Shown here: piece after piece, positions 29,349 to 39,242 of the stretch
Numbering within the stretch: position 1 is the stretch's first letter
Layout: every line of letters starts with the position of its first letter
Assembly (NCBI GenBank): GCA_963702435.1
Contig: CAVPCR010000002.1
Span: 608,001 to 672,000 of the forward strand
Source: Candidatus Eiseniibacteriota bacterium
Lineage (GTDB): Bacteria > Eisenbacteria > RBG-16-71-46 > CAVPCR01
Direction of reading: 5' to 3'
Length of the DNA stretch: 64,000 nt
The notes under the pieces: generated by a model
Told to the model about the DNA's origin: nothing
The model's input: only the letters and a program-made list of their open reading frames with translations
Database searches by the model: none
Made by a program: the position numbers and the translations under genes

Positions 29349-30147
29349 GCACCTTCCCCCGCGCGCGGACCGACGACCGGATCGACATCGGGGCCTCAAG
29401 CGACGCACGCATCTCAGAGGCCTCCCCGCGGTGATCCGGCGCCCGCCTCTGCTCGATCTCATCCACCTTCCGGCGCAGGACATCTATCTCCCCCTCCTGC
29501 CGCTCCTTGGCGGGATCCATGAACCACGCCGCGACGAAGCCCGAGAGAACGCCCAGGAACATGACCCCGACCAGCATGATGATGACCCCGACGACGCGTC
29601 CCTCGGTGGTCACTGGATAGCGATCCCCATACCCTGCCGCAGTGATCGTACTGATGGACCACCACACGGCGTCACCTGGGTTGCCGATGTTCGACTCTGG
29701 CACGGTCTCGAACTCCAGCACCGCGACACTGCCGAAGATGATAGCAACGATGGCGACCATCCCGGCGGCCAGGATGCCGCTCTGCGCGCGGCGCTCCAGA
29801 ACAAACGCGGCAAGAGCGCGCGTGGATCGCACGGCCCGCAGGACGCGCACGATGCGACGATGCGACTGACGCGTCCGATGCGAAGCGCCGCCACGACCGG
29901 AGATGCTGGACAGGATGTCGAGGAGGCCCTCGAACCGCAGGTAAGACCACTTGTTTGGTGCGCGCCGGAGTGAAACGAGAAAGTCAGGAAAGAAGATGGC
30001 GCAGATGGCGATATCAGCATGCTCCAGGAAGGTCTTGACGTCGTCATTGACCGGAAGAAACCAGGTGATCGCGAGAAGCAGTAACGAGACCACGCTGATG
30101 AAGAGCATGAAGATGAGATACAGGGTATTCCGAGGTGCGCGACTCAT
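28990..30147 (-). CDS. Ion transporter / voltage-gated K+ channel-like; 3' end probably disrupted
   Basis: Arg-rich S4, DAVWWSISTITAAGYGDRYP pore. The ORF reads about 360 nt into the DMT gene, so the real end is likely near 29400. Confidence 0.75.
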   Translation of the reverse strand: MSRAPRNTLYLIFMLFISVVSLLLLAITWFLPVNDDVKTFLEHADIAICAIFFPDFLVSLRRAPNKWSYLRFEGLLDILSSISGRGGASHRTRQSHRRIVRVLRAVRSTRALAAFVLERRAQSGILAAGMVAIVAIIFGSVAVLEFETVPESNIGNPGDAVWWSISTITAAGYGDRYPVTTEGRVVGVIIMLVGVMFLGVLSGFVAAWFMDPAKERQEGEIDVLRRKVDEIEQRRAPDHRGEASEMRASLEAPMSIRSSVRARGKVHERLAHGARSSCRAPLRRGDAGEQVAPGLAQAIPARGTPLPGGRAGGGAGGPAAPRSHPPARGGRSAKPRPPPRRRGSWRGRRPGPSPSRTPPRRRRFGLPVAQLRGGGDRRHRGPHLP

Positions 30148-30312
30148 GAGCCCCCCAAGGGATGTGCATGAGGTTCCTGCCGCCGCAAAGGCACCATGGG
30201 CGGCAAGGCGCGGGCAGCCTGGCGACACTCAGTTTAGCAAGGTCGGTGCGCGCGGCTCAATATCCCCCTCCGCCGACGTGCATCGGTGGATGCAGGCGGC
30301 GCGCTCGAAAAC

Positions 30313-30778
30313 TCAGCGCCCCGCCTTCGCAAGCATCTTGGCAATGATGAAAGCAGTCGGAAGGAGCGCGATCAGTCCGCCGATGTTCCACCAGCGTTCC
30401 AACTCCTTCACCTCCGCCTTCGATTCAGCATCGTGGTACTGCCAAGCGATCTTGTTCCCGATGAACCCGAACACGACGTGTGCGAGCGACCACGCGGGCC
30501 AGAAGAGCTTGTGAACCCGTAGGAACAGAGGACCACGCCGATCGTAAGTAGAGCGCCATGCCCCGAAAACCAGAGCACGGGACACAGCAGGCTCCCCAGT
30601 TGAACCCGAAGTTTCTCGGCTCCTCGCGCGGGGGCTTGGCGGCGACGTCCACTCCAGCCAACTGATTCACCACTCCGCACCTGGGGCATGTCGTCACTTC
30701 GGAGCCGATCGGTGACGCACAGAACTTGCACCTGCGCTGAATCGCCTGTACCGCTCCCTCGCCATCCGACGTAGTCAT
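30313..30778 (-). pseudogene. Zinc-ribbon membrane protein (FNWGA/DUF2628-like), frameshifted
   Basis: CKFC...CPRCG and FNWGA in one frame; FGFIGNKIAW...WNIGG in another. Confidence 0.55.
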
Positions 30779-30852
30779 CTGCGGCCTCCATCCTCAAGTG
30801 GGTGCCGGCCCGAAGCCGGCGCCTGGTCGCCGGGCCCGGAATGGCCCGCCAG

Positions 30853-31260
30853 TCACTTCTCCTTGCCGCGCAGATACGCCATCACCGACGTCCAGTCTGG
30901 GAACTGCGCCGACCCGAAGTGGATGTGCTCTCCCCGGAAGAGATCGACGCCGTGCTTGATGCGGTCATCGATCAGCAAGTCCCCTTTGTTCAGGTTCTTG
31001 TGGTGCGTGATGATGAGTCGCTTGTGCGCTGCCGGTTCGAGGTGCTTCTTCACCCAGAGCAGCTTGTCGGACCAGGCGAACGGGTTCGCACAGGGTGCGG
31101 TCGACAGGATGTAGGTTTCGAAGCGACCGGCCCGGTCACGAATGCCGCGACGGCGCCATCGATCGGATCCATGAGCGCGAAGATCCGGGGATGTCGTCCT
31201 GGTGACCCTCGTACTGGTCGGCGACGTCCTTGGGTACTCGGGGTAGCCCGCTCGGGAAGT
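30853..31260 (-). pseudogene. 5'(3')-deoxyribonucleotidase (NT5C family), frameshifted and 5'-truncated
   Basis: YILSTAP...WSDKLLWVKKHL...KRLIITHHKNLNKGDLLIDDR...FPDW; IFALMDPIDGA in another frame; no DxD start seen. Confidence 0.75.
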
Positions 31261-31309
31261 CCAAGCAAGACACGCTCGATCGGCAGTGGTGGGACCAAGG
31301 CAGCAATGG

Positions 31310-31540
31310 TCAGCGACTGCCGCCGCGACAAGGTCGCTTGGCCCCTCGGTCCGTGTGGCCTGTCCCCGGAGGGACGGCGACGGCGCTGCCGAGGAGGACG
31401 AGGCCGGTGCCGGCGCCCTGGGCGAGACCGACCGCCGGTCGCGACACCCCGGAGAACCGCAGCACGCTCGCCGGCAGCAGGACAAGGGCGAGCCCGACGA
31501 AGAGCGAGCCATAGAGTAGTCCGCGGATCAGGGCGAGCAC
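31310..31540 (-). pseudogene. N-terminal fragment of a membrane protein (possibly isoprenylcysteine-methyltransferase-like)
   Basis: Two hydrophobic helices followed by unrelated sequence. Confidence 0.35.
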
Positions 31541-31594
31541 AGGGTCGGTCCTCGCATCCTCGCCATCCTCGCATCCTCAATCCTGGAGATCCGC

Positions 31595-32800
31595 CTAGCT
31601 GATCTTCGTCCGCAAGCGCTCCTTCGGGTCGTCGAAGCACACCTCTCGCGGATCGAAGGCGGCCGAATCGTAGTCGCGACCGAGCCACTCCCTGACTTCT
31701 GCGAGCGCCTTGGGGTCAAAGCCATGGAGGGTGCGCAGCAGGTCCGAGTAGCCCCCGATACCGCCGCAGTCCTCCGGCAGATACGCCCGGGCGCCCTTGA
31801 GACAGAGGGGATAGGTCACCTGCGCAGCTCGCGCGTGAAGTAAGTCGCTGATGGCGACCTTCCGCTCGGTCAGCATGGCCTCTCTGAAGTCATCGAGATC
31901 GGGGTCCCCGATCTCATGGATGGCGCCCGTCCCCGAACTCCGCCCCCGGAAGACATGCAGGCGACCGTCCAGCCATCCCATCGCGTCCTGGATGGCCACA
32001 TGCAGATCCCAGAAGCTGTAACCTCCGGGGACCACGATCCGGCGCCAGATCGGTGGCTTGACGTATTTGAGCGTCACCTTGAACTTCTACACGACGTCCT
32101 TCGCCGGCAAGCGCGGATGCTTTGCCGGCCGCGCGGGCCGCCTTCGCATGCGAACCCGCCTGCCGTTGTGCGGACCTACCAGTCCTGCTTTCTCTCGCCG
32201 GCCCTTTCATCGCCACCAGGCCTGCGCGCTCCGCCAGCGCGTGATTCGCCGCCGTCCAGCGCTTGACCCACGCCTGGATGCCGAGGAACTCGAAGTATTG
32301 CCAGGCCACCGCGGGCTCGAAGTCGAGATTGTCGCCGTCCTCTATGGCTCGCAGGCGCTGCTGCGGGATCTCGAGCGCGAGCGCAGCGTCGCGAATCGTG
32401 AGTCCCAGTTCCTCCCGCGCCTGCTGGCAAGTGTGCCTCAACGATGCCCAGCGCACGAAGTTTGCCGCTTCCGCATCGCCGAACTTGCTGAAGGCGTCCT
32501 CGCCCAGGGTCTCTCGAATCGTCTTCCGGAACATGCCGGCCACCACCCTGACCTCGTCGTCCGCGAGGATGCTCGCTCGGCGGAGTAACTTGGGCCCGCT
32601 TGCCTTCGCCGCCTTCGTCGCCACCTTCGCCCGCCTTCGTCACCGCCTTCGCCCACCGCCTTCGTCACCGCCTTCGTCGCCCCCTTCGTCACCGCCTTCG
32701 CCCCCGTCGCACCGCCTTCGCCCTTGTCTTCGCCACCGCATCTACCTCCGCTTTCGTCCCCGCTTTCGCCCCCGCCTTGGCTCCACGGCCACCGAGAACC
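31595..32800 (-). pseudogene. pRiA4b ORF-3-family protein with upstream XRE-like HTH and Lys/Ala repeats, disrupted
   Basis: PPIWRRIVVP...LHVAIQDAMGW...PEDCGGIGGY; in-frame TAG in KDVV*KFKVTL; AREELGLTIRDAALALEI HTH in ORF 31914..32624. Confidence 0.65.
32602..32778. repeat. Imperfect 12-bp tandem repeats (ccgccttcgtca-like; KAVT-type on the minus strand)
   Basis: More than ten degenerate units with indels. Confidence 0.8.
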
Positions 32801-32932
32801 CGCCCATGATGCCATAGGCCGGCACGTCAAAGTCGCCGAGTCCGACCCTGCGCTGAGAACGCACGCGTGCATCGGAACGTGAGCGCCGCGGCGCCGCTCA
32901 CGCCCCAGTCGAACCCGCCGTCTTCGCTGCCA

Positions 32933-33559
32933 TCATCGCCGCCGGCCGCCGCCGGCGTCCCCGTCGGCGTTGATCAGGTTCTTGTACCAGAGGAGCTGGA
33001 TCTCGTGCGGTAGCTCGGGATAGGCGAAGTGATGAGCAGCCCGCAGCGCGCAGCCTCGGCGCTCGTAGAACCTGCACGCCGGCACGTTCACGTTCTGCGT
33101 TTCGACCTTGAGGGTGCGGGAGCCGCGCGCCCGCGCCCACTCCTCGGCGGCGGCGAAGAGCGCCGCGCCGATCCCCTGTCCGCGCAGCTCGGGCGCGACC
33201 CGGAGGTCCCAGAGAACGGCGAGGTCATCACGCCCCTCGAGCATGTCGAGACCCGCAGTCCGCAGGGCGACGAGCCCGCCGCCGGCCCACCGGCTGCCGA
33301 CGTACGCGACCAGGAGGCCCCAGTTCGCCATGTCGAACGTACGGGCCCAGTGCGCGGGGTGGTTCCCCGCGATCGCGTCGTAGTCCTTCACGTACGGCGC
33401 GGCAAGCTGCTCCTCGCGGAGATCGAAGCCGCCGTCCGCCGCGCGAGGCGCCACATGGAACACGCGATCCACCGTGAACGCGATCGAGATGCTCGCGTGC
33501 TCGGCGAGCCGCGCGATCGGCTCCTCACGGATCACGAGATCGATCGCCTGCCTGCCCAT
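32933..33559 (-). CDS. GNAT N-acetyltransferase (streptothricin-acetyltransferase-like)
   Basis: YVKDYD, LWDLRVAPELRGQGIG, KVETQNVNVPACRFY. Confidence 0.88.
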   Translation of the reverse strand: MGRQAIDLVIREEPIARLAEHASISIAFTVDRVFHVAPRAADGGFDLREEQLAAPYVKDYDAIAGNHPAHWARTFDMANWGLLVAYVGSRWAGGGLVALRTAGLDMLEGRDDLAVLWDLRVAPELRGQGIGAALFAAAEEWARARGSRTLKVETQNVNVPACRFYERRGCALRAAHHFAYPELPHEIQLLWYKNLINADGDAGGGRRR

Positions 33560-33603
33560 CCGCCTCCGGCCCGCCTATCGCGGGCTCGCCTTGATCTCGC
33601 TCC

Positions 33604-34191
33604 TCACGAGCGACTCCAATCGCCGGTCTCGATGAGCCGCCCCACCTCGCTGCCGCAGGTGGTGCAGAGGCCGTCGAGCACCAGCTCACCCTGCTCGACG
33701 CGGCCGCCGGTGAGCGCCATCGCACGCCCTCCGCCACAGGTGGCGCAGTAGGCGTTGTTGAGAACGCGGAGCCGCGCCGCAGGTCCCAGCACCTCCCAGA
33801 GCGATTGCGCATCGGGGCTCATCTGCGGTGCGGACCCGGTGGCGGGCGCTGCGTGATCTGCACCTGACTCTGCCTCCCGGCGAGACCCGGAGCGGTCGTA
33901 CAGGGTCCCCTCCCAGCCGCTGATCACGCCCCAGTCGCCGCACACGGGGCACTGCCAGTGAATCTCGCCTTGCGCGCGGTCGAGCAAGGCGTGGACAAGG
34001 CCGAGACAGACTCGCCGTTGCGGGCTCTTCCGGCATCGCACCGGGGTCTCGACGGTGCCGCCGCCCGGCTGCGCGGACATCGCCACCACGATCGATCCGA
34101 AGAAGGCAACGTGCTTGCGCATCGCTGGAATCCCGGGCTGCCCGTCGTCGTCCAGGAAGTCCCTCAGCTGTATGATCCACCCGCGGGCCAT
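33604..34191 (-). CDS. Hypothetical Cys-rich protein with two putative Zn-binding modules
   Basis: C...C, WQCPVCG, CATC and CTTC; GAGGAGG RBS. Confidence 0.7.
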   Translation of the reverse strand: MARGWIIQLRDFLDDDGQPGIPAMRKHVAFFGSIVVAMSAQPGGGTVETPVRCRKSPQRRVCLGLVHALLDRAQGEIHWQCPVCGDWGVISGWEGTLYDRSGSRREAESGADHAAPATGSAPQMSPDAQSLWEVLGPAARLRVLNNAYCATCGGGRAMALTGGRVEQGELVLDGLCTTCGSEVGRLIETGDWSRS

Positions 34192-34200
34192 GCCCCCTCC

Positions 34201-34726
34201 TCAGACCCAGCCGGCGCGCGCGGCAAGCGCCGTGATCTGTGCGGTGTGATGCCGCCCGTGCCAGGCGTAGAGCGCGAGCTGCTGGTTCAGCGACATGACG
34301 CCCAGGTCGGGATGGCGGAACGTGCGGTCGAACGAGGCCGCGGGCAGCGCGCGGATCGCCGCCACCCACCGCTCGTGAAGCGCGTCGAGAAGAGCGAGCG
34401 AGAGATCGATCGGCCCCGTCTTCGCTTCCGGGAGCTCGGCCCAGAGCGTCTCGTTGTAGGGACGGATGGTCGGCTCGTCCTCGGTCGCAGCGAGCTTGAA
34501 GCGCACGTAGGCGTTCACGTGACTGTCCGCGAGGTGATGGACGACCTGCCGGACGGTCCAGCCGCCGGGCCGATACGGCGTGTCGAGCTGGCTCGGGCTC
34601 AGGCGCTTGACGGCGGCGCGGAGCTCGGCAGGGACCGCGACGAGCTGATCGATGAGGGCTGCACGCTCGGCGGCGCTCACGGCGGCGGGCGGCAACGTGC
34701 TTCCCGATGGGGTAGACGGGGTCCAT
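34201..34726 (-). CDS. YfiT/BstA-family thiol transferase (DinB superfamily); frameshift near the 5' end
   Basis: LDTPYRPGGWTVRQVVHHLADSH, YAWHGRHH; the N-terminal MDPVYPIGK is in a different frame. Confidence 0.88.
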
Positions 34727-34766
34727 GGGACTCATGAGATGTCTGATTCCTCCTCGCACTCACCGC

Positions 34767-35149
34767 TCATGGCCTGGGCGGACCCTCGCACGCGGCGCAG
34801 CCCTTGTCGAAGACGACCTTCCATTGACCATCCGCCTCGCGCCGCCAGATCGAGTTGAAGGTCGCGATCTGCTTGCCGTCGGGATCGCGAACCGGACCGC
34901 TCGAGAGGGCGAGCATGCCCGAATCGAGCACCTCGACGATCTCGGGCGCCCAGGAGAACGGGGCCTTCTCCCCCGCGAAGAAGGGCTGCCAGCCGGCCGC
35001 CACCGCATCCTTGCCGCGGAGCACGCCCTGCCGGCCGAAGAAGAGCGCCTCGCCGGCGATGAAGGTCGTGAACGCCGCGTGATCGCGCGCCGCCATGGTG
35101 GCGGCGAAGGCGATCTCCGCGGCGCGCACCTGCTCGGCCAGGGTGGATG
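34767..35149 (-). CDS. DUF4440/NTF2-like protein; no start of its own, probably the C-terminal domain of the cupin gene
   Basis: VRAAEIAFAATMAARD...FSWAPE...FNSIWRREADGQWKVVFDKG. Confidence 0.7.
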
Positions 35150-35614
35150 GCCGCGCCGATCTTGGCGCTCCTTGGCGCCATCGCCGAACCGGGTGGCGGT
35201 CGGACCCATCCCGCTCTCCTGGTACGTCACGGCGCCCTCCTTGGCCCAGACATGATGGATCGTGCCGGCGGGAACGACGACCACGGCCCCGGCGGGAACG
35301 GCGACGACCCTGGTCTCCTCGAAGGTCGAGCCGAATCCGAGGTAGAGCGTGCCCGCGAGCACCGTCGTCGTACGCTCGTCCGGGTGCCAGTGCGGGGCGA
35401 TCTTCGCTCCGGACGCGAGCTTGACGCGAAGGATGTAGGGGCCCGTCTTCTCCTCCGCACCGAGCACCCACGCTCCCGCGAGCCCCGGCGTCTGCGGCGG
35501 GCTCACCCAGCGCAACGTGTCCGGGAGGATGGGCGCAGGCGCGTCGCTCCGGGCCGGCCCGGCCGACACCAGGACGCTGCCCGCGACAAGCAGGAATCGT
35601 ACGAGACCCCTCAT
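35150..35614 (-). CDS. Secreted cupin-domain protein; frameshift near 35150
   Basis: Signal peptide; IAPHWHPDERTTTVLAGT...VPAGTIHH. Confidence 0.7.
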
Positions 35615-35643
35615 CAAGGGCTCCCTCATGACAGGCCTCCTCA

Positions 35644-36519
35644 TCAGGCGGTGCGCCACCGCTTGACGCGCCTGAGGAAATCCTCATCGTCCCAGGCGCG
35701 ACAGAGCTCCTCGAGCTCCCCCCGCGCGCCGCGCCACTCGAGGTCGGCGAGCTCCTCTGCCAGCGGCACATCCTCGCGCAGCGTGGCGAGCCGGCGATAG
35801 AGAAGCAGTTCCTCGCGACGCTCGACGAGGCTCTCGGCCAGGCGCGCGGCGCGACCGGCCGGCAGACCCCAGCCCGCGACATCCGGGGGGATGTTCTCGA
35901 TGTGATCGAAGCGCGCGAGCACGGTCGCGGCCGACTTGGCGCCCCAGCCCGGGATCCCCGGGTACCCGTCGGAGGCGTCCCCGACCAGGGCGAGCCAGTC
36001 GGGGATCGAATGCGGGCGCACGCCGAACTTCGCGACGACGCCGTCCTCGTCGAGCACGATGTCGCGACGGCGGTCCCAGCAGACGACCCGGCCGCCCGCG
36101 ACCATCTGCGTGAGGTCCTTGTCCGGGGAGCAGATCACGACCTGCTCGACACCGGGCGCGCTCTTCCAGCGCGCGACCCCGGTCGCCAGCGCGTCGTCGG
36201 CCTCGAACTCGACCATCGGCCAGACGACGACGCCGAGCGCGGACATCGCCTCCTCGGCCAGCGGGAACTGGGCGAGGAGATCGGGGTCGATGCCGTCGCC
36301 CGTCTTGTAGCCGGGGTAGAGGTCGTTCCGGAACGACTCGACGATGTGGTCGAAGGCGCACGCGACGTGCGTGGTGCCGGGAGTCGCGAGGAGCGCGTGG
36401 ATGCTGCGGAGGAGACCGAGCGTCGCTCCGACCTCGCGGCCGTCCAGCGCTCGCTTCGGCGGGGCGCCGAAGTAGCTCCGGAAGAGCTCGTACGTGCCGT
36501 CTACGAGATGGATCTTCAT
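35644..36519 (-). CDS. 5'-3' exonuclease / flap endonuclease
   Basis: LVDGTYELFR, SFRNDLYPGYK, FEADDALAT, SPDKDL, LVGDASDGYPGIPGWG. Confidence 0.92.
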   Translation of the reverse strand: MKIHLVDGTYELFRSYFGAPPKRALDGREVGATLGLLRSIHALLATPGTTHVACAFDHIVESFRNDLYPGYKTGDGIDPDLLAQFPLAEEAMSALGVVVWPMVEFEADDALATGVARWKSAPGVEQVVICSPDKDLTQMVAGGRVVCWDRRRDIVLDEDGVVAKFGVRPHSIPDWLALVGDASDGYPGIPGWGAKSAATVLARFDHIENIPPDVAGWGLPAGRAARLAESLVERREELLLYRRLATLREDVPLAEELADLEWRGARGELEELCRAWDDEDFLRRVKRWRTA

Positions 36520-36842
36520 TCGTCGTCCGGCCTCAGCCCTGCCTCAGACGCCCGCGTCTTCCAGATCGAGGCGTTTCGATGCTGATGCAGGACAGCAATG
36601 ACGACTACACGCTCTGCCCGAGCTACGAAGTAGATCGCATAGGGGAATCGACGTAGAAGCGCGCGGCGGACATCGGGCGCAACTTCAGGAAAGTGCAGAG
36701 GGAATCCCACGATGCGCGCCTGCACGTCGTCAAGCGCGTCGAGGAAACGCGGGCCCAATCCGCGAACTTGTCGCTCGTACCAGACTACCACCGACTCGAC
36801 GTCCGCTTCGGCCTCAAGGCGGACAACCAGAACCCGGCTCAT
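36516..36842 (-). CDS. Type II toxin, RelE/ParE family
   Basis: AEADV...WYERQVRGLGPRFL...RRALLRRFPYAIYF...AVLHQHR. Confidence 0.88.
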   Translation of the reverse strand: MSRVLVVRLEAEADVESVVVWYERQVRGLGPRFLDALDDVQARIVGFPLHFPEVAPDVRRALLRRFPYAIYFVARAERVVVIAVLHQHRNASIWKTRASEAGLRPDDE

Positions 36843-36844
36843 TC

Positions 36845-37093
36845 CTACTCTGGCGACTCGCCTGATAGCCGTCGTCGCAACTCGTCGCGGAATGCTTCCC
36901 AGGAGCGACCCGCATCTGGATTGGCGGCGAATTCACGCATCCGTTCGGCGATCACGCGGCGGTGCCACTCCGGCATCGGAATCCGTTCGGCAGTTGCTGC
37001 GATCCGATCCCAGAGCGACTGAACGTACTCGATCTTCTCGTCGACTGACAAGTCGTCGAAGCCGGGCGGAGGATTGGGGATGGATTGGGACAT
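36845..37093 (-). CDS. Addiction module antitoxin component
   Basis: LSVDEKIEYVQSLWDRI...PEWHRRVIAER...SWE; upstream of the toxin. Confidence 0.85.
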   Translation of the reverse strand: MSQSIPNPPPGFDDLSVDEKIEYVQSLWDRIAATAERIPMPEWHRRVIAERMREFAANPDAGRSWEAFRDELRRRLSGESPE

Positions 37094-37145
37094 GTCACAT
37101 CTTCCTTGTTTTCTAGACTCTCCTAGCATACCAGCTGGCTTCGCG

Positions 37146-37856
37146 CTAGTCGATGATCCCCACCGCGCTGAACTCGGGCAGTCCGCGCCAGTATAGCGCC
37201 CAGCCGAGGAACGAGAGGAGCGCGAAGGCGTGCGCCGCGAAGAGGAAGGTCACGATCGGCTGACGGCCGAGCCGCCGCCGGCCGCGGACCGCGACCCAGC
37301 CGACAACGAGCGCAGCGAAGGGAACGCCGAGAGGCGCCGTGCCCGCCTCCACGATTGCCGCGAAGTAGGTCGCCCCGTAGATGATCCCGGCCATGACCGC
37401 CAGGTCCGTACCGTCGCGCCGATCCAGATGCGAGCTCCGCCCCGCGCGCTGCAGCAAGACCCACGACAAGCCCACGATGCCGGCATGCCACAGGTAGTGA
37501 CTCAGCGTCTCGTCCATGAACTGCACGAGCGCCGCGACGGGCGTCCCCGCGAACTCCGCGCTCCGGTGCCCGATCGCGTTGGCGGCGAGGTGCATGGCCT
37601 GTCCCTCGACCCAGAGCGACGCGAGAACCAGGAAGGCCACCGTCTCCGCCCGCCCCCGCGCGCCCTCGCCACCCCCGCGGAAGAGGAGCCAGTAGAGCGG
37701 CATCAGGACGAGCGGCGTCAGCAGATCGAGGATGTCCCCGCCCCGGAGGAGCGGGTATGGACGGAACGGCGCCGGCAGCAATGCCGGCCCGAGGATGAAC
37801 GCCGCGAAGGCCAGAGCGAACACGAGAAGGAGGACGGGAAGACGGGTCTTTCTCAC
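37146..37856 (-). CDS. Hypothetical polytopic membrane protein
   Basis: About 7 TM helices, GQAMHLAANAI and DETLSHYLW; GTGA overlap with the upstream GNAT. Confidence 0.7.
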   Translation of the reverse strand: MRKTRLPVLLLVFALAFAAFILGPALLPAPFRPYPLLRGGDILDLLTPLVLMPLYWLLFRGGGEGARGRAETVAFLVLASLWVEGQAMHLAANAIGHRSAEFAGTPVAALVQFMDETLSHYLWHAGIVGLSWVLLQRAGRSSHLDRRDGTDLAVMAGIIYGATYFAAIVEAGTAPLGVPFAALVVGWVAVRGRRRLGRQPIVTFLFAAHAFALLSFLGWALYWRGLPEFSAVGIID

Positions 37857-38419
37857 CGGCGGTCCGCCCGGAGATCGCAGACGAAGAGGATCCCGCGTCC
37901 GCCCTCGAACTCGACTCCCGGATGATGGAAGTCCCGGGTCAGCTCGACGAAGCCGAGGCCCGCATGGAGATCGATGCTCACGAGGTTCCGCTCGTTGGCG
38001 ACGTAGTACGCGCGGTCGCCCCCTTCGGCGATCCAGGCGAGCCGGGTCCGTGTGAGCTCGGACCCCACGCCGCGGCGCCGCATGCTCGGCTCGACGACGA
38101 CGCCGGTCAGGTACCAGCCCTCCGGAACCACGTTCGCGGGCGCACCGGCCGGCGCCGCGAAGTAGCCCGCCTTGCCGTAGCCGATGACGCGGCCCTCGAG
38201 CGACGCCACATGGAGGAGCGCGCGCCCGGCGCGGCACTCCGCGTGGACCCGGCTCATCCTCTCGATCCAGGCGGCGACCGGCTCCCCTTCCCGCGCCGCG
38301 GCGATCGTCGCCACGGCGGGGAGATCGGGCTCTTGCGCCGGCCGGACGATGAGCTTGCTCAGGACTGCGAACCGATCCTCTCGTTCGGCGCCCGGCGCGT
38401 ACTCCGCGAACTCGCTCAT
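37853..38419 (-). CDS. GNAT N-acetyltransferase
   Basis: YLTGVVVEPSMRRRGVG, NLVSIDLH; ATGA overlap. Confidence 0.85.
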   Translation of the reverse strand: MSEFAEYAPGAEREDRFAVLSKLIVRPAQEPDLPAVATIAAAREGEPVAAWIERMSRVHAECRAGRALLHVASLEGRVIGYGKAGYFAAPAGAPANVVPEGWYLTGVVVEPSMRRRGVGSELTRTRLAWIAEGGDRAYYVANERNLVSIDLHAGLGFVELTRDFHHPGVEFEGGRGILFVCDLRADRR

Positions 38420-39201
38420 GGCTTCCGCACCCGGACATGCAGGAAGTAGGCGACCACCTGCGCGTCCTGCACACCGGGACACGCGGCGGCGACGGCATCG
38501 CTCGGGCGCGGCTCGGCGACCCGATCGAGCCGGAAGCCGCTGTCGACGAGGAGGTTGAGCCACTGACTCATCGTGCGATTGAAGCGTGGCACCTTGAACG
38601 CCGGGAGCTCGCGCTTCACCTCGGGCGGCGTCGCCGTGAAGATCCACTCGGCGATGTCCCCGTTCAGCTCTCGAAAGTAATCACCCACCTCTATGGCATA
38701 GGTCGTGCCGCCGGCGTCGCGGAGATTCCGGCGATGCGGGGTGTCGAAGCAGGGATGCGTGATCGAGAACTGGAGGAAGCCGCCGGGCGCGAGGACCCGA
38801 AGGGCCTCGGCGAGCACGCGCCCCATCTCCGGGATGTCCATGAAGCTCATGAACCCCGTGGCGAAGTCGAAGGACCGATCGGCGAACGGCAGCGCGACGG
38901 CGCTCGCGACGCGGTAATCGATGCCGAGCGGCTCCCGCGCCTCCGCTTCCCGCGCGTGCTCGATGAATCGCTCGGCGATGTCGATGCCCGTGACCCGTGC
39001 GCCGCGCCGGGCGAGAAGCCGCGTGTTGTGCCCCTCGCCACAGCCGATGTCGAGCCCGACCAGTCCCTGCACATCGGGCAACAGCTCGAAGAACGCGGGC
39101 GTGTTGAAGGCGTCCCGGTAGATGTCGTAGCCCGCCCGGGCGAGCCGGGTCCACGCCGCCGCGTTCTCGTTCCAGAAGCGCCCCACGTCCTCGTGGTCCA
39201 T
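38416..39201 (-). CDS. Class I SAM-dependent methyltransferase
   Basis: LDIGCGEG, LPFADRSFD, RVLAPGGFLQFSITHP. Confidence 0.9.
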   Translation of the reverse strand: MDHEDVGRFWNENAAAWTRLARAGYDIYRDAFNTPAFFELLPDVQGLVGLDIGCGEGHNTRLLARRGARVTGIDIAERFIEHAREAEAREPLGIDYRVASAVALPFADRSFDFATGFMSFMDIPEMGRVLAEALRVLAPGGFLQFSITHPCFDTPHRRNLRDAGGTTYAIEVGDYFRELNGDIAEWIFTATPPEVKRELPAFKVPRFNRTMSQWLNLLVDSGFRLDRVAEPRPSDAVAAACPGVQDAQVVAYFLHVRVRKP

Positions 39202-39242
39202 GTCCCGTGCACCTCCCCCGCGCCGCCCCGGTCCGTCCCCGG

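Noticed and set aside
32602..32778. Repeat tract as CRISPR or iterons
   Set aside because: Degenerate 12-bp tandem units with no spacers and no rep gene.
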